A stretch of DNA of 64,000 nucleotides from Octopus sinensis (Eukaryota): positions 162,626,001-162,690,000 of the forward strand of contig NC_042999.1 of assembly GCF_006345805.1 (NCBI RefSeq), given 5' to 3'. Below the pieces are notes generated by a model. The model was given only the letters and a program-made list of their open reading frames with translations. It was not told the DNA's origin and ran no database searches. Every line of letters starts with the position of its first letter. Positions within the stretch are counted from its first letter, which is position 1. The translations under genes and the position numbers were made by a program. Of the stretch, positions 51,041 to 63,760 are shown in pieces.

Positions 51041-52097
51041 ATGGGCATGTATGGAGTCCAATAATACTATATTTGTTCCACGTCCTCATGTTGTGTTTTT
51101 TTGTGTTTTCTTGTTTGGATTAACTATATATATGTGTACATCTATACGTATTATATATATATGTGTACGCATTATATATACAACTTATACACATACACAC
51201 ACACACATATATATACACACACACACACATATATATATAAATACAGATATATACACACACATATATATAAATACAGATATATATACACACATATATATAA
51301 ATACAGATATATATACACTTTGTATATATATATACATTATATACACATATTTATTTATAGATACGCACACACACACACACACATGTATAAATTAACCCAA
51401 TAAATATCTGATGCATAATATTTGTTCTCATGATTGTGTGATGGTAGTGGGCAATAATAATTCACCATTGTAAAAGACCTGTGACGGGAATATTCAAACT
51501 TTTGCAGCTGCTAAACCTTTCTCTCTATGAATGCAGACAGACGTACAGAGAGAGAGGCGGTGGGAGAGTGACAGAGCCGGCAAAGGTGGCGGGGGAAAGA
51601 GAGTGGAAGCTGTCATACGTCGTTATAGAGAGAATTTGGAGGGAAGGGAGGAAAGAGAGAGATCGAGGAAGAGAGGGTGATATTTGAAAGAGAGAAATGA
51701 CAAACACTTGTCTAAGTTTGGGTTTTGTTGCCCTAGTAACCACAGTTTTTGAGATAGGGGTTTCTAACCTAGTCCAGTCGCTTCCTCGCCTCTTTTTACA
51801 TGTCCCTGTAAATTTTGGAGCCAATCCGACCCCATCTACCAGCCCTTAAACCATTTCCATCCCAAAATGAGACAACTTTTTCACATATCAGCTTTATAGA
51901 TATTGATTTGTGCATTGTGTTCTGTGGTGGATATGCATATATCTTTCTGTAACTAAATGTAAGATCAAACACCTACCAAATGAGAGGCAATGATAAAAAT
52001 AACTGACATGACAAATGAGAAAAGGCAGCTCTGTGACTCAGCACCCTCTTTAATATACAAGATAAAAAATATATAAGATAAAAGTTAAATGCTATTA

Positions 52098-52517
52098 GGC
52101 ACAGGAGTGGCTGTGTGGTAAGTAGCTTGTTTACCAACCACATGGTTCCGGGTTCAGTCCCACTGCGTAGCACCTTGAGCAAGTGTCTTCTACTATAGCC
52201 TCAGGCCGACCAAAGCCTTGTGAGTGGATTTGGTAGATGGAAACTGAAAAGAAGCCCGTCGTATATATGTATATATATATTATATATATATATGCGTGTG
52301 TGTGTTTGTGTGTCTGTGGTTGTCCCCCTAGCATTGCTTGACAACCGATGCTGGTGTGTTTATGTCCCCGTTACTTAGCGGTTCGGCAAAAGAGACCGAA
52401 AGAATAAGTACTGGGCTTACAAAAGAATAAGTCCCGGGGTCGAGTTGCTCGATTAAAGGCGGTGCTCCAGCATGGCCGCAGTCAAATGACTGAAACAATT
52501 AAAAGAGTAAAAGAGTA
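52098..52517 (+). mobile_element. SINE family A
   Basis: Full-length copy. Confidence 0.92.
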
Positions 52518-52588
52518 GAATAATGAAAACCAATAGACATAACTAAAATTCAGTTTTCCAATTTATAAAATTATCTACTCAAACTTAC

Positions 52589-52728
52589 CTGTACTTTTAG
52601 TGGAGATTTGTCTGGATTTCTTCGATAGAAAATAGCAGAACTATTGAAGTCTGGGTCTGTGGTGTCTTTAACCACTTTGGTATAAACTTTTTCTCTTTCA
52701 CAGGAGATAACACAGTATGGATCAGCAC
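52589..52728 (-). CDS. CAPN5: Calpain-5 internal exon, C2 domain
   Basis: AG/GTAAG bounded, 140 nt. (G)ADPYCVISCEREKVYTKVVKDTTDPDFNSSAIFYRRNPDKSPLKVQ contains the C2 DPY motif and the CAPN5-like IFYR motif. Confidence 0.9.
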
Positions 52729-53422
52729 CTGGTCAGGTAAATAAACAAGGTTTTACTCAACAATGGTGATATGTGATCATAGGAAACTGGACAAAAAATT
52801 AAATTGTAGGTCACATCCAAATTACACAAAGGCACTATTTGAATCAACTATGAGGCTACTTGATCTGCAAGAAAATATAAGTGAAATTCCTTTCAAATCA
52901 CATTCAATTGGCTTAAGAAATTAAGGACACATTACAAACTGTAGTGCTTGATATGTTGTGTCTGAAACAGTAACAGCTTTTGATTTTTAGATCTGTTCAG
53001 TCAGAGGTAAGACGTCAGCAAAGAATCAGTTGTAAACAAGTCAACTCTGGCAATCAAAAGTTATATATGAACAAATTCTAGGTTAAATGGTTGAGTAACT
53101 CTAAGTAGCTCTGTTCGTCATTGGTAAGCAATTACAGACAATTCTAAACAAGATCTACTCTATAGTTGCTAAAAGTTTAAATTGACTAATCTTACCTGAG
53201 TTATCTCCTTTGCTTGTTAAATTTTAAACATCACTAGAAAGTTTTTATTTTCTAATTGCAAAGTTGATGCTTTACTGCATCTATTACATACGATTTGCTG
53301 CAACCACCTCTGATCATCATTTTTAAGTAACCACATTTGTTGTACATTTCTTATCTTTGAATAATCTCCTAGTAACTGATTATTACCATTACATTCCCTT
53401 AACTTCTTACTTTGGATAGCCT

Positions 53423-53511
53423 TGTAAGAAATATGAACGCATGTGGTCGCATTGTGTAGGGAATACGATCGCACATGGTCATATTTCTTACACTGGTGAC
53501 CCCGACGTGAT
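53423..53511 (+). other. 70-bp TG...CA hairpin followed by a tRNA-Trp primer-binding site
   Basis: TGTAAGAAATATGA ... TCATATTTCTTACA, then C, then TGGTGACCCCGACGTGAT. Confidence 0.6.
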
Positions 53512-54169
53512 ATGATCAGCCTATTTAAAGAGTTAAGATGGCTCAAATGTAAAGTCCTATCCGAAAGCCGTGATTGGTCAGTTTACACACTGGCGCGAAG
53601 TAAGTAGAGAGACAGACCGTGCTTAGATGCTAACCAATCAAAATAGTGGACACAACAACATTAAACTAGCCAAAGATGTTTGTAATCTCAAACGAGATCA
53701 TTCTTAATATTTTTCTCAAACAGTGAAGATAGCAATGAAGAAAACAATATTGCTACAGCCTCAATCAGCTGTGTTTTTGTAGGTTGTGTAGTTCTATCAG
53801 ACCTACTCAAGCAAACTTAGTATAACAACAGTATTGAGAACAGCAGTGTTTGTAAGGGAGGTATTGATAATTGCATAGTTTTCTGAGTGGAATATGACAT
53901 TAAGGTAGTCCATCAAAATGTTAGCAAAGACTAAGTAACATTATTTTTTGTTACCCTTGTGTTTATTTGGTTTTATTTAGCATTGTTCATTACATCTCAA
54001 TATAGGATGTTTTTTATCCACACAATATAAGTTAGCACTTACTTTACAACATCAAAATAGTTGCTTAAGAGTTTCCAGTATAACATATCCCAATCATAAT
54101 ATATTGGTAAGAATTAAAATTATTGATTCATGACTATGGACATCAACACAAGTTCGTAAGTAGCAATTA

Positions 54170-54890
54170 CTGAGCATCTGATTTTCCCCTGGCTAAATAC
54201 ACTTGTCTTCTAGCCTCCCTCCTAACTATCTGATATAGTTCCCTACTAACACCCCTCTTCCAGTCTTTCCAGGCCTGCTTCTTTACTCTAATGGCCTTGT
54301 CTAAAACATCACTCCCCCACCTGGTCACCCTAGTTCTTGTTGGGACTTTGCACCAGCTGCAAATTTCTTCTGTAGCACTCAGCAAGCTGTCCTGCAGGAA
54401 TTTTCAGTTGCCCTCTATGTTACAAGTCCTCCTTCTCATCAAATTTCTCAATTAAGGTGTCCCTAAACCTCTGACCATATAAAGGATCCTTAAGATTCTA
54501 AATCTTCTTTTCCAGATTGGTCTGCTTCTAGGCAACCTTCTGGCCTGAAGTCTAAAGTCTCTGATGACTAGTCTATGCTGGGGGGTACATTTTTCACAAG
54601 GGGAGGTCTTTGCATTTATGAACAACCATATATCTTGCTGTCTGGTGAGAATGAAATCAATCTGGCTAGTGTGGTCACCTGATTGATAGGTAAGCAGGCA
54701 ACTGGCTTTCTGAAGTTGGTGTTGCAGATCATTAAGTTATTTGCATCGCAGAACTTCAGTAGCCTTGTTCCTTCCTCATTTCAAGAACCAATTTCATGAC
54801 CCCCATGTACTCTATGGAAGGTACCTAGCTGCTGCTCAAAATATCCATATGAGACCCTTGTCTTTGAGTTAGCCTGCAGAAGGATTGAAA
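54170..54890 (-). mobile_element. RTE LINE AP-endonuclease/linker fragment
   Basis: NEEGTRLLKFCDANNLMICNTNF and AIRVKKQAWKDWK...YQIVRREARR. Confidence 0.75.
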
Positions 54891-54959
54891 GAGTAGTGGC
54901 AGCAGGGAACTATATCAGGTGGCTAGAAGGGAGGCTAGAAGCGGAAAGACTTAGATATT

Positions 54960-56009
54960 TCTTGTGTAATGAAACCAGTCATTTCTGAGGTGAACTTCAT
55001 TTAGAGTCATGCTCTTAATCACTGCCAGTTCCAGGCTTTTCTTGAAGAAATTGATTCTGAATTCTGTGCAGTAAAGTTCTGTTTTGTTTTTATAAACTCT
55101 GAAGAGTAATAGATATTTCCTTCACTGAAAAGGATAGAGCTGATTCACTTTGGTTAGATCCTACCTGGCTGTAAAAGTTATCATTTTTGGTTGATATCAT
55201 ATCCCACTTGAATGAATTGAACTTGAAGCTTCAGGTAAAGGATAACCTTATCTGTAATCTCTACAGAATCATCAAGGGATTTCAGAGAAAGCTATTATTG
55301 TTTCAAGCACAATTGGAAGGAGGAGACTTCTCACATTTTAAGGGTTTAAAGAATTTCGGGCTAGAATCACAGATGTCAACCTTGAGCTCTGAAGATTATT
55401 TGTGATTTTGGAGTGGTTTTCAGATTTCGACAGAATTGAGTGACATTATTCTGGTCCAGAATCCATTTGATGATGTACCAGTCAAACTACAGTTGGTACT
55501 CATTGATTTGCAAGCAAATGACTTGTTGAAAGAGAAGTACAGAGAAGGAAAACTTGCAGAATTTTATCCCTGATTATCTGATGATGAGATTTCAAGTTTG
55601 AAGAAATTTGCCTCTGGCATGGCATCAGTGTTTGGAACAACTTATGTCTGTGAAGTCAGCACATCGAACGAGGTTGACTGATGAATATTTGAAAGCAATT
55701 CTCTTGGCTGGATGCAGCAATTTCAAAGCAAATATTGATGAGATCTTAAAGCTAAACACCAGTTTCACACATCACACTAACCTTTTTTGCTGTTTAGTTT
55801 GTGACATTTGAACACGTGCACACTGAGTGTGATATAATTATCTTATTGCTAATGTCAGCTTCTTAGATAATATTTCGGTAAATAAATATGTTGGTTGTCT
55901 TTAGTTTTTGTGTATTTACTGTCGTGTATTGAACAAAATGGTTATACAGCTCATGCTCATCATTCTTTGTTATCTGGACCCACTGTGTAAAAAGTTTGGT
56001 GACACCTGC
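54960..56009 (+). mobile_element. hAT (Charlie/GTF2IRD2-like) 3' fragment
   Basis: VDIISHLNELNLKLQ, FGTTYVCE, RLTDEYL; terminal AAAAGTTTGGTGACACCTG. Confidence 0.8.
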
Positions 56010-56245
56010 ACTACACTAATACCACAAATAATTATAAGGTATATTAGGTGCTATAAAGCATTTTTGTACAGCTATAAATTCACTAAACTACTGCACCGTC
56101 AATTGTGAAATACTATTGTCTTGCTCCCAGTAATATACCAATACTACAAAAATGTAAGGTCCTGTATTGTAAAGAACATCCAAAAAATTAATAAATAATT
56201 ACTTAGCTTTCATACCCATTCTACAACCAAACAAAAAAATCTTAC

Positions 56246-56364
56246 CAACATCATCTTGCTTTTCCAAGCCAACAGCCTTGAGGACCTTGACACGAGTTAA
56301 AAGAACTGGCTCTCTTGAAAAGCATTGCCAAAAGCTCTTCACGGGTTGGTCATGGATTAGATGC
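56246..56364 (-). CDS. CAPN5: Calpain-5 internal exon, linker and start of C2 (T) domain
   Basis: Acceptor TTCTTATAG, donor GTAAG, 119 nt. (K)HLIHDQPVKSFWQCFSREPVLLTRVKVLKAVGLEKQDDV(G). Phases compatible with neighbours. Confidence 0.88.
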
Positions 56365-56607
56365 CTATAAGAAAATTATAGATGTAAAGCATTTTCTACT
56401 TATTTACATTTCATAGTATATCTTGATTATCAGTATATATATCATGTTTTCACAACACTATGTTCTTGTTTTCATGTTGTGTGTCAAAAGAAAGTCAGCT
56501 TGCCCATATCCATTCCTTTAAAGACCCCTTACAATTTCCAGAAATTGAGATTTAAAGAGTGAAGGAAGTGAAGTGAAATTTAGATCAGGAGAGCTTACCA
56601 CAACTCT

Positions 56608-57555
56608 ATTACATGGAAAATGCGAGCAAGAGAAATAATATTCCTAAGATATTAAACCTGGAAAAAAGTACAGGACAAGTTATTACACTTGGAAATGTTC
56701 AGGACAAGTTATTACATCTGGTAAAGTACAGAACAATAAAATTTATACTTAAATCATTGCAGCTAAGGATAAAATTTCAAATAAAATATTTAGATTTAGA
56801 AAATATTAGCTTTTATTAAAACTAAAAATTTTATTACAAGTTATTACTTCTATTAAAAATAACTCAAAATATTTTTGCACTTTAGAAATAATACAAAAAT
56901 TAGTTATATATTACACTAAAATCTACCTATAACAACAAATTCACAGTAAAATTTACTTGAGTTATTGCCAAGTCTTCATATTTTTAGTCTTGACCCAATG
57001 TCTATTTTTTACATAATGAATTTGCCTGCCACATGTGCTATTCTACTTTGCATAAAACTTTAGCTATTTTGGTTCTGGTTCTCCTTTTTCAAGTATTCTA
57101 GTGTGTCAATATTTAAAAAAAATAAGGCGGCAAACTGGCAGAAATGTTAGCACGCTGGGCAAAATGCTTAGTGGTATTTTGTCTGTCTTTATATTTCTGA
57201 GTTCAAATTCTGCCGAGGTCGACTTTGCTTTTCATCCTTTCAGGGTCAACAAATTAAGTACCAGTTGCATACTGAGTTGATCTAATTGACTGGCCCCCTC
57301 GTCAAAAATTTTGGGCCTTGTGCCTAGAGTAGAAAAGAATATTGTAACAAAATGATGGTACCTTTTTTAATTATGTTACTTTGTAAATTAAAATCAAATA
57401 ATTTTTGATATTCAAATTTTATCCTAAGCTGCAATATTTTAAGTAAAAATTTTATTGTTCTGTACTTTACCAGATGTAATAACTTGTCCTGTAATTTTCT
57501 AAGTGTAATAATTTGTCCTGTGATCATTTCTCTTGCTCGCATTTTTTCATGTAAT
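56608..57555. mobile_element. Foldback element with about 150-180-bp inverted arms
   Basis: About 56608-56790 is the reverse complement of about 57400-57555. Confidence 0.7.
57125..57340 (+). mobile_element. SINE family B (alternative tail)
   Basis: Head GGCGGCAAACTGGCAGAA; tail GGCCTTGTGCCTAGAGTAGAAAAG. Confidence 0.88.
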
Positions 57556-57660
57556 CCATGTTTTTCCAGGCTATGCTATTATGCTAATTAATAATGTGTC
57601 AATTAGCAGTGTCACAGATAATGTTTTCCTTACCTCAATGACACCGGTGACATACATTAA

Positions 57661-57881
57661 CCCTTTTGCTACCGTATTTATTTTGAGATACTCTGTGTTT
57701 CTTTCAATTATTTTAAATATAACAAAGAATTTAGTAAAATAACTTAGTTATCATTAAGCTAATGTTAGGAACATAAATTGTGACTAAGATTTAGTGGAAG
57801 ATTTTAATTGAAAACTTATGAAAAGAAGACATTTATACTACAGAGCCAAAGCCGGTTTTAGCCGGGTTGGTAACGAAAGGG
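57661..57881. mobile_element. piggyBac-type MITE
   Basis: TTAA|CCCTTTTGCTACC ... GGTAACGAAAGGG|TTAA. Confidence 0.85.
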
Positions 57882-58064
57882 TTAAAAGTCCCTTTATAGA
57901 ACTATATTCATAAAAAAGTATAGAACTATATCATTACCCTCAAACTTGAGAAACAAACACTCAACTTTTTCTTTTAAAACTTCATTACACGAGATTGATA
58001 CCATGAAATTCCTCAAATAGAGGTCTATCAATTAAGCTTAATTAAAATATAGCTTTCTATTTTC

Positions 58065-59090
58065 TTCCAGTACTGTCTCAACAATGGTGCTACTCCGGAG
58101 CAGTGGAAAACTGCCAGTGTCATTCCTCTGTTCAAAAAGGGCGACCGCACATCACCTGTCAACTATCGCCCAGTCAGTCTCACTAGCTGTATTGCAAAAC
58201 CGATGGAATCGTGTGTCAGAGAAACACTTTGGAACTTCTGGAGCTCTCACAGTCTCATCCGACCCTCACAATATGGATTTGTCCCTAACTCCAGCTGCAG
58301 TGATCAGCTTGTCGAGTTCCTTGAGGACATTACTCAGATCACTGTGGCTCATGGGTGGATGTTGTCTACCTTGACTTTGCTAAGGCTTTCAACTCTGTGC
58401 CACACAAAAGGCTTATGGTGAAACTCTCTGCAATGGGTGTAAGGGATGACCTTTTTAACTGGTTGAAATCCTTCATTCTCAACCGAAAGGAGGTAGTCAC
58501 AGTTCTAGGACAGCATTCTACACCATATGAGATGTCATCGGGTGTACCACAGGGATCTGTCCTTGGTCCCCTCTTGTTTGTGGCATACATTAATGACATA
58601 GATGCAAATTTAAAGAATGCCACAGTATTGAAATATGCAAACGACATCAAGCTGTACCTTGAAATCAAGAGGACAGATCCTGTTGTCTACAGCTCTTTCC
58701 TGCAATCAGACCTAGACACAATGCAGCAATGGAACTGGCTGTGGACAAGTGTACCACCATGCATTTTGGGAGAAAAAAACCCTGCGTCCACATACTCCCT
58801 CCACAACACTGATATCAAGAAATCCTCTTGTGAGCGTGACCTAGGCATCACTGTCAGCAGTGATTTGCGTTGGACAAAGCATATCTCTAAAATTGTCAAG
58901 AAGGCCGAGGGTGTCTTGGCATCACTCAGCAAGACTTTTGTTAGCCGCTCTCCAGCCATCTATTTAAAACTGTATACAGCTATGGTACGACCACACTTGG
59001 AATTCGCATCATCAGTTTGGAACCCCTATCTTGCTCAGAACATTGACCTCCTGGAATCTGTTCAGAGACGTGCAACCAAACGCATAACCA
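58065..59090 (+). mobile_element. CR1-clade LINE RT fragment
   Basis: PLFKKG..NYRPVSLT, DVVYLDFAKAF, SGVPQGSVLGP, YANDIKL, ERDLGI, VRPHLEFAS.VW.P, LESVQRRATK. Confidence 0.93.
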
Positions 59091-59467
59091 AACTGAATTA
59101 GCAGCAAGCTCTGAAAGGTGATGCACATGAGTAAATTGCAGCCTTAAGAATATTATTCAACTACTACCATAGTTGAATGATACCAGCAATTCATTGCCTG
59201 TTTATTAGTCACTGATACCTACTTTCAATCCCTCCATCTGCCACTCTAGTCATCTATCCAATCATGCCTGCCTGCCACACCTGTCTGTTTTCCAGGCCTG
59301 TTTGCTATACAAGTTATACATGGAGATGAGGCAAAATTTAGTTTTAAACCATACTCTAACCTCTTCCTTCAGTAATAAAAAAATAACAAACTATTAAATA
59401 AGCAAAAATATTTTTTTTTAACTATCAAATAGTAAAAAAAAAGCCAAAGAAAGCAACAATTACTTAC

Positions 59468-59670
59468 TTAAAAGAATTGTCTGAAGATGTATATACTCGC
59501 AGTAAAAAGCTTCCTTCAATGTCAGCTTTAAATGTGCATGGGATAATTACATAACGGCCCTTTTTCAGACTGTCTTTAAAAAATATAGAGCGGCTGTTTC
59601 GAAAAACGGTACTATTCAATACTTCTTGATAAAAGAGATTGTGAATACGATAGCGACGGTTCTCTTCAAC
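59468..59670 (-). CDS. CAPN5: Calpain-5 (TRA-3 type) internal exon, end of domain III
   Basis: AG/GT bounded, 203 nt. VEENRRYRIHNLFYQEVLNSTVFRNSRSIFFKDSLKKGRYVIIPCTFKADIEGSFLLRVYTSSDNSF resembles the vertebrate CAPN5 motifs VEENR.YR.H...NSRS.F...GRYVIIP.TF...G.FLLRV. Confidence 0.92.
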
Positions 59671-60229
59671 CTGTTTAAGCAGAGATTTATGTGGAAAGAA
59701 ACAGAAAGAACAATGTGTTATTGAAACTGAAATGAAGAGATTTTGCTAAAGCAAGTTAAATTTGTCATGAAGCAAATAGTCTGGGGTATAAACAAGGAAA
59801 ACTAGCAACTCACAATTGTGATATTTTCTATTGGTGATTTGTTATATATAAAGTTAGGGCTCTTAATTCTCTCTCTCTCTCCCTCTCTTTCATATATGTA
59901 TCATCATTATTATCTTCTTTATGGTTCAATAGGATCCAACAGGTCTACAGTCTTTATCATGCTCCAATGTCTGCCAACCACCTTACAGAGTGTACTGGGT
60001 GCTATTTTCATGGCACCCACACTAACGAGTTTGCCTTGCAAGTTACAAGTCTATAATCACCTTCAAGTGAATGGGGCTACAGCAGTGAGGGAGGCAGCTT
60101 TATGCTAGATTATGTAGGGTTAAAGTATGAAAGAAAAGACCCTGAATCAAAGGTATCATCAATCAGTTGTGGACCTGAGACCCCACTGGTCAAGGCATTC
60201 AACTGTGCCATTGTTTTCATACTGTCTTT

Positions 60230-61560
60230 ACATACATCAATATATTCCATTCACTCTTACCTCCCATCTATCTTCCCGATGAAACAAAAACTCATCTTCA
60301 ACTTCTGTATTCTACTTTCTGACACCACAATCTCTCTAATCTTTACTGTACTTCCAATAATCACCTTTAAAAATGATAAGAACCTTGAAAATCTCCTTGC
60401 AAGAAGCTACACACTATCCAGCCCCACACAACTAAACACTTTTAAATGTGCACACTGGCAAGGCAACAGCTACCCCTACATTAACAATACTACTACTGTC
60501 ATCATTGGTCCTAAGACACAATATCATATTATTCAGAACTTCTGTTGCACATCATCTCACCTTATATACTACATCATAAATTATCAACCATCGTACAAAC
60601 AATAACTCGGAGCACCTCTTCAAACTCCACCCATCTAACACCCGTGAACATATTTACAAAGTCAGAAAACAGCACAGCTCCCATGACTTCAGGAAACATT
60701 TTTTCACGCTGAGAGTTGCTGAAGCATGGAACAAACTGCCGGCATCAGTTGTTAGTTGTCGGAGCACTGCATCCTTCAAAACTTCCATGCTTCCTGAGAT
60801 TCGCCAACACTATACCTGATTTTCTCCCCTCAATACACACACAGGCATGTATCTGACTCATACATTGTTTGCTTTCCAGACATTTTTACATTACTGCATA
60901 TGCTTTATATGCACTTTCTGACAAGTTGTGGTGCACCTGAGCACTGTATACAATAATTTCATTATTATTATTATCATATGCAAACTTTGAGACACCCTTA
61001 ACATTGAGGAAACCGACCTACTTCAATATTACAAGCCATTCTATTGTTCATTTATCAGCATGCAGCATTGCGACACACATTTCATATTCAAACTTGGCAC
61101 CATGGCACCAAGTAAAAATGAACATTTCTCAGATTTTTTGCCATTCTCCTCATTTTCAACTTTGCCTGTTTTTCCTCATTCCATTGCTCTTTCCTTCTCC
61201 CTACTTACACTATTTCTTCTACTACTTCTTCTTTACATGTGAAGCTCATGTGGTCCTGTATTTTTCATCAGTTGCAACCAGTTTTTTTTTTAACATAGAG
61301 GATGTGTATATATGGTAAAAATGTGTATGTATGTGTATGCACACACACAAAGTAAAATTGATAAAGAATACGATGAACATTTAGAGGGTGTAAAACTGCT
61401 CTTATTTAGTTCTCTCCCTTCAACTTTTCCTGAAGAAGGATCATCATCATCATCATCATCATCATCGTTTAGCGTCCGTTTTCCATGCTAGCATGGGTTG
61501 TCTCAAATGTTGGATTTTCTGCTCTTTATGGCAAGTTCACTGGGTTCTTTATTGATTTTA
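60230..61560 (+). mobile_element. Penelope-like element relic (region around the GIY-YIG domain), interrupted by CR1 and RTE tails
   Basis: FKNDKNLENLLARS...FKC...IGPK...FCCTSSHLIY; later YFNITSHS...FIFKLGTMAP; CCTGAAGAAGG terminal motif near 61429. Confidence 0.65.
60575..60974 (+). mobile_element. CR1 LINE 3' end
   Basis: Near-identical to 49635-50035. Confidence 0.9.
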
Positions 61561-61570
61561 CTTGTGTGTA

Positions 61571-61607
<37 letters not shown>

Positions 61608-61622
61608 TTATTATATAGAAGG

Positions 61623-61673
61623 AGCTTCTACAGGACTAGAACTGTTTCATTCAAGAGAAATCATCAGGAAGCT
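61623..61673 (-). ncRNA. Type I hammerhead ribozyme-like motif
   Basis: Minus strand: AGCUUC-CUGAUGA-UUUCUCUUGAAU-GAAA-CAG UUCUAGUC CUG-UA-GAAGCU. Perfect 6-bp stem I, full core, paired stem III, GUA triplet. Stem II closes with U.U instead of the usual G-C. Confidence 0.6.
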
Positions 61674-61879
61674 AGTTAACAAGAATTGTATTGGCATTTA
61701 TACATTTAGGCAGGTTTAAAGGGGTGGTGGTGGGGGACATTTTGGGGGTAGGCATAGCGCAAAAATATCATACTTGGGGGAGTGGTCAAGGAGTCAGTGG
61801 TAAATTAGATAAAAGAATAAATAAAAGAATAAAAAAATATATAGAAGAATAGAGTTTTAGGTAAATAAGGAGATTCTCA

Positions 61880-62008
61880 CTTATACATATACACATATGT
61901 ATATATATACACACACACACACACATATACATACACACATACATACACACACACACACATATATATATACATATACATATACACACATATATATACATAT
62001 ACATATAC

Positions 62009-62057
<49 letters not shown>

Positions 62058-62204
62058 TATGCATACATATATATACACACACACATGTATATATACACAC
62101 ACGACCACACATACATATACACAGAAAAATATATACATACACACACATACACATACACACACATATCCACATACACACACAAGTCCCTATATACACATAT
62201 ATAC

Positions 62205-62239
<35 letters not shown>

Positions 62240-63211
62240 CACATACGTGTACCTATACATACCTACACATACACACATATACATACAAATACAAACCCAT
62301 TCCCTAATTTTAATTTTATTATTATCTTCATTTATTACTTTTGTTATCTTTGACCGCAGGTCACAAGCGTCTTGGCTACGACAGCAAGTCCATTTATCTT
62401 TCTACTTGAACACAAGCACTCACTCACGCACGCACACTCATTAGCACGCACACTCACTCATTCGTACACTCATACACATACACGCACGCACGCGTTATAT
62501 TCATACATACATACATCTACATACATTCACATATATACACATACCTACAGATTCATGTCTACATGCTTAGAAGACTAGTCCATACATATACACCAATAAA
62601 TATATATACACACATACATATACACCTACATACAAATACATACATATATATATATATATATATACGTATATATACATACATACATACACCCATACATACA
62701 TACATATATACACATACACACACCCACACATATACATATACATACATATACGCACATACATACACATACATATACATACACATACATATATATATATATA
62801 CATACATATATATATACATATATATATATATATACATATATACACATACATACATGTACATACATACATATACATATATACACACACGCATACATACACA
62901 AATACATACACACACATACACATATACATGCGTACCCATACACACACACACACGCGCATCCATATATACACATAAGTACACACATGCGTCAAAGTATACA
63001 TATATCTATACATATGCTTACACATACACACACACACACGCGCCTCCTTATGTTCATATACTTACATGCATACTCAAAAAATAAATAATATAAATACGTG
63101 CAGTTATTCATATACATACATGCATACTCAAAAAATAAATAATAAATATTAAGTATATATACGTGCAGTTACCTATTATACAGACGGATACATACATATA
63201 AACTTATGCAC

Positions 63212-63258
<47 letters not shown>

Positions 63259-63373
63259 CTTACACATATGTACATATACATACACACATACATAACTCTA
63301 CGTACCTACATATACATAAACACACGAGCGTACACGTATATGTACACATACACATACACACACATACATACAT

Positions 63374-63407
<34 letters not shown>

Positions 63408-63583
63408 ACATATACATACACATACACACACATACACACACATATATATATATATATATATACATACATATACACACATACACACACACACACACATATA
63501 TATATACACACACACACATACATATACATACACACATATACACATATATATATATATACATATATATATACACATGTGTGCAT

Positions 63584-63615
<32 letters not shown>

Positions 63616-63726
63616 TTACACATACATATATACACACACTTACACACACATATATATATATATATATATATGTACATATACACACACATATTCACATATA
63701 TATATATATATATTATATATACATAT

Positions 63727-63760
<34 letters not shown>

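Noticed and set aside
51225-51320. Roughly 28-bp repeats resembling a CRISPR-like array
   Set aside because: No unique spacers; a microsatellite-derived minisatellite in eukaryotic DNA.
53494-53511. tRNA-Trp gene on the minus strand
   Set aside because: Only the 3' 18 nt including CCA match, as expected for a PBS.
55670-55700. CTGATGA...GAAA hammerhead-like words
   Set aside because: No flanking stems; lies within hAT transposase coding remnant.
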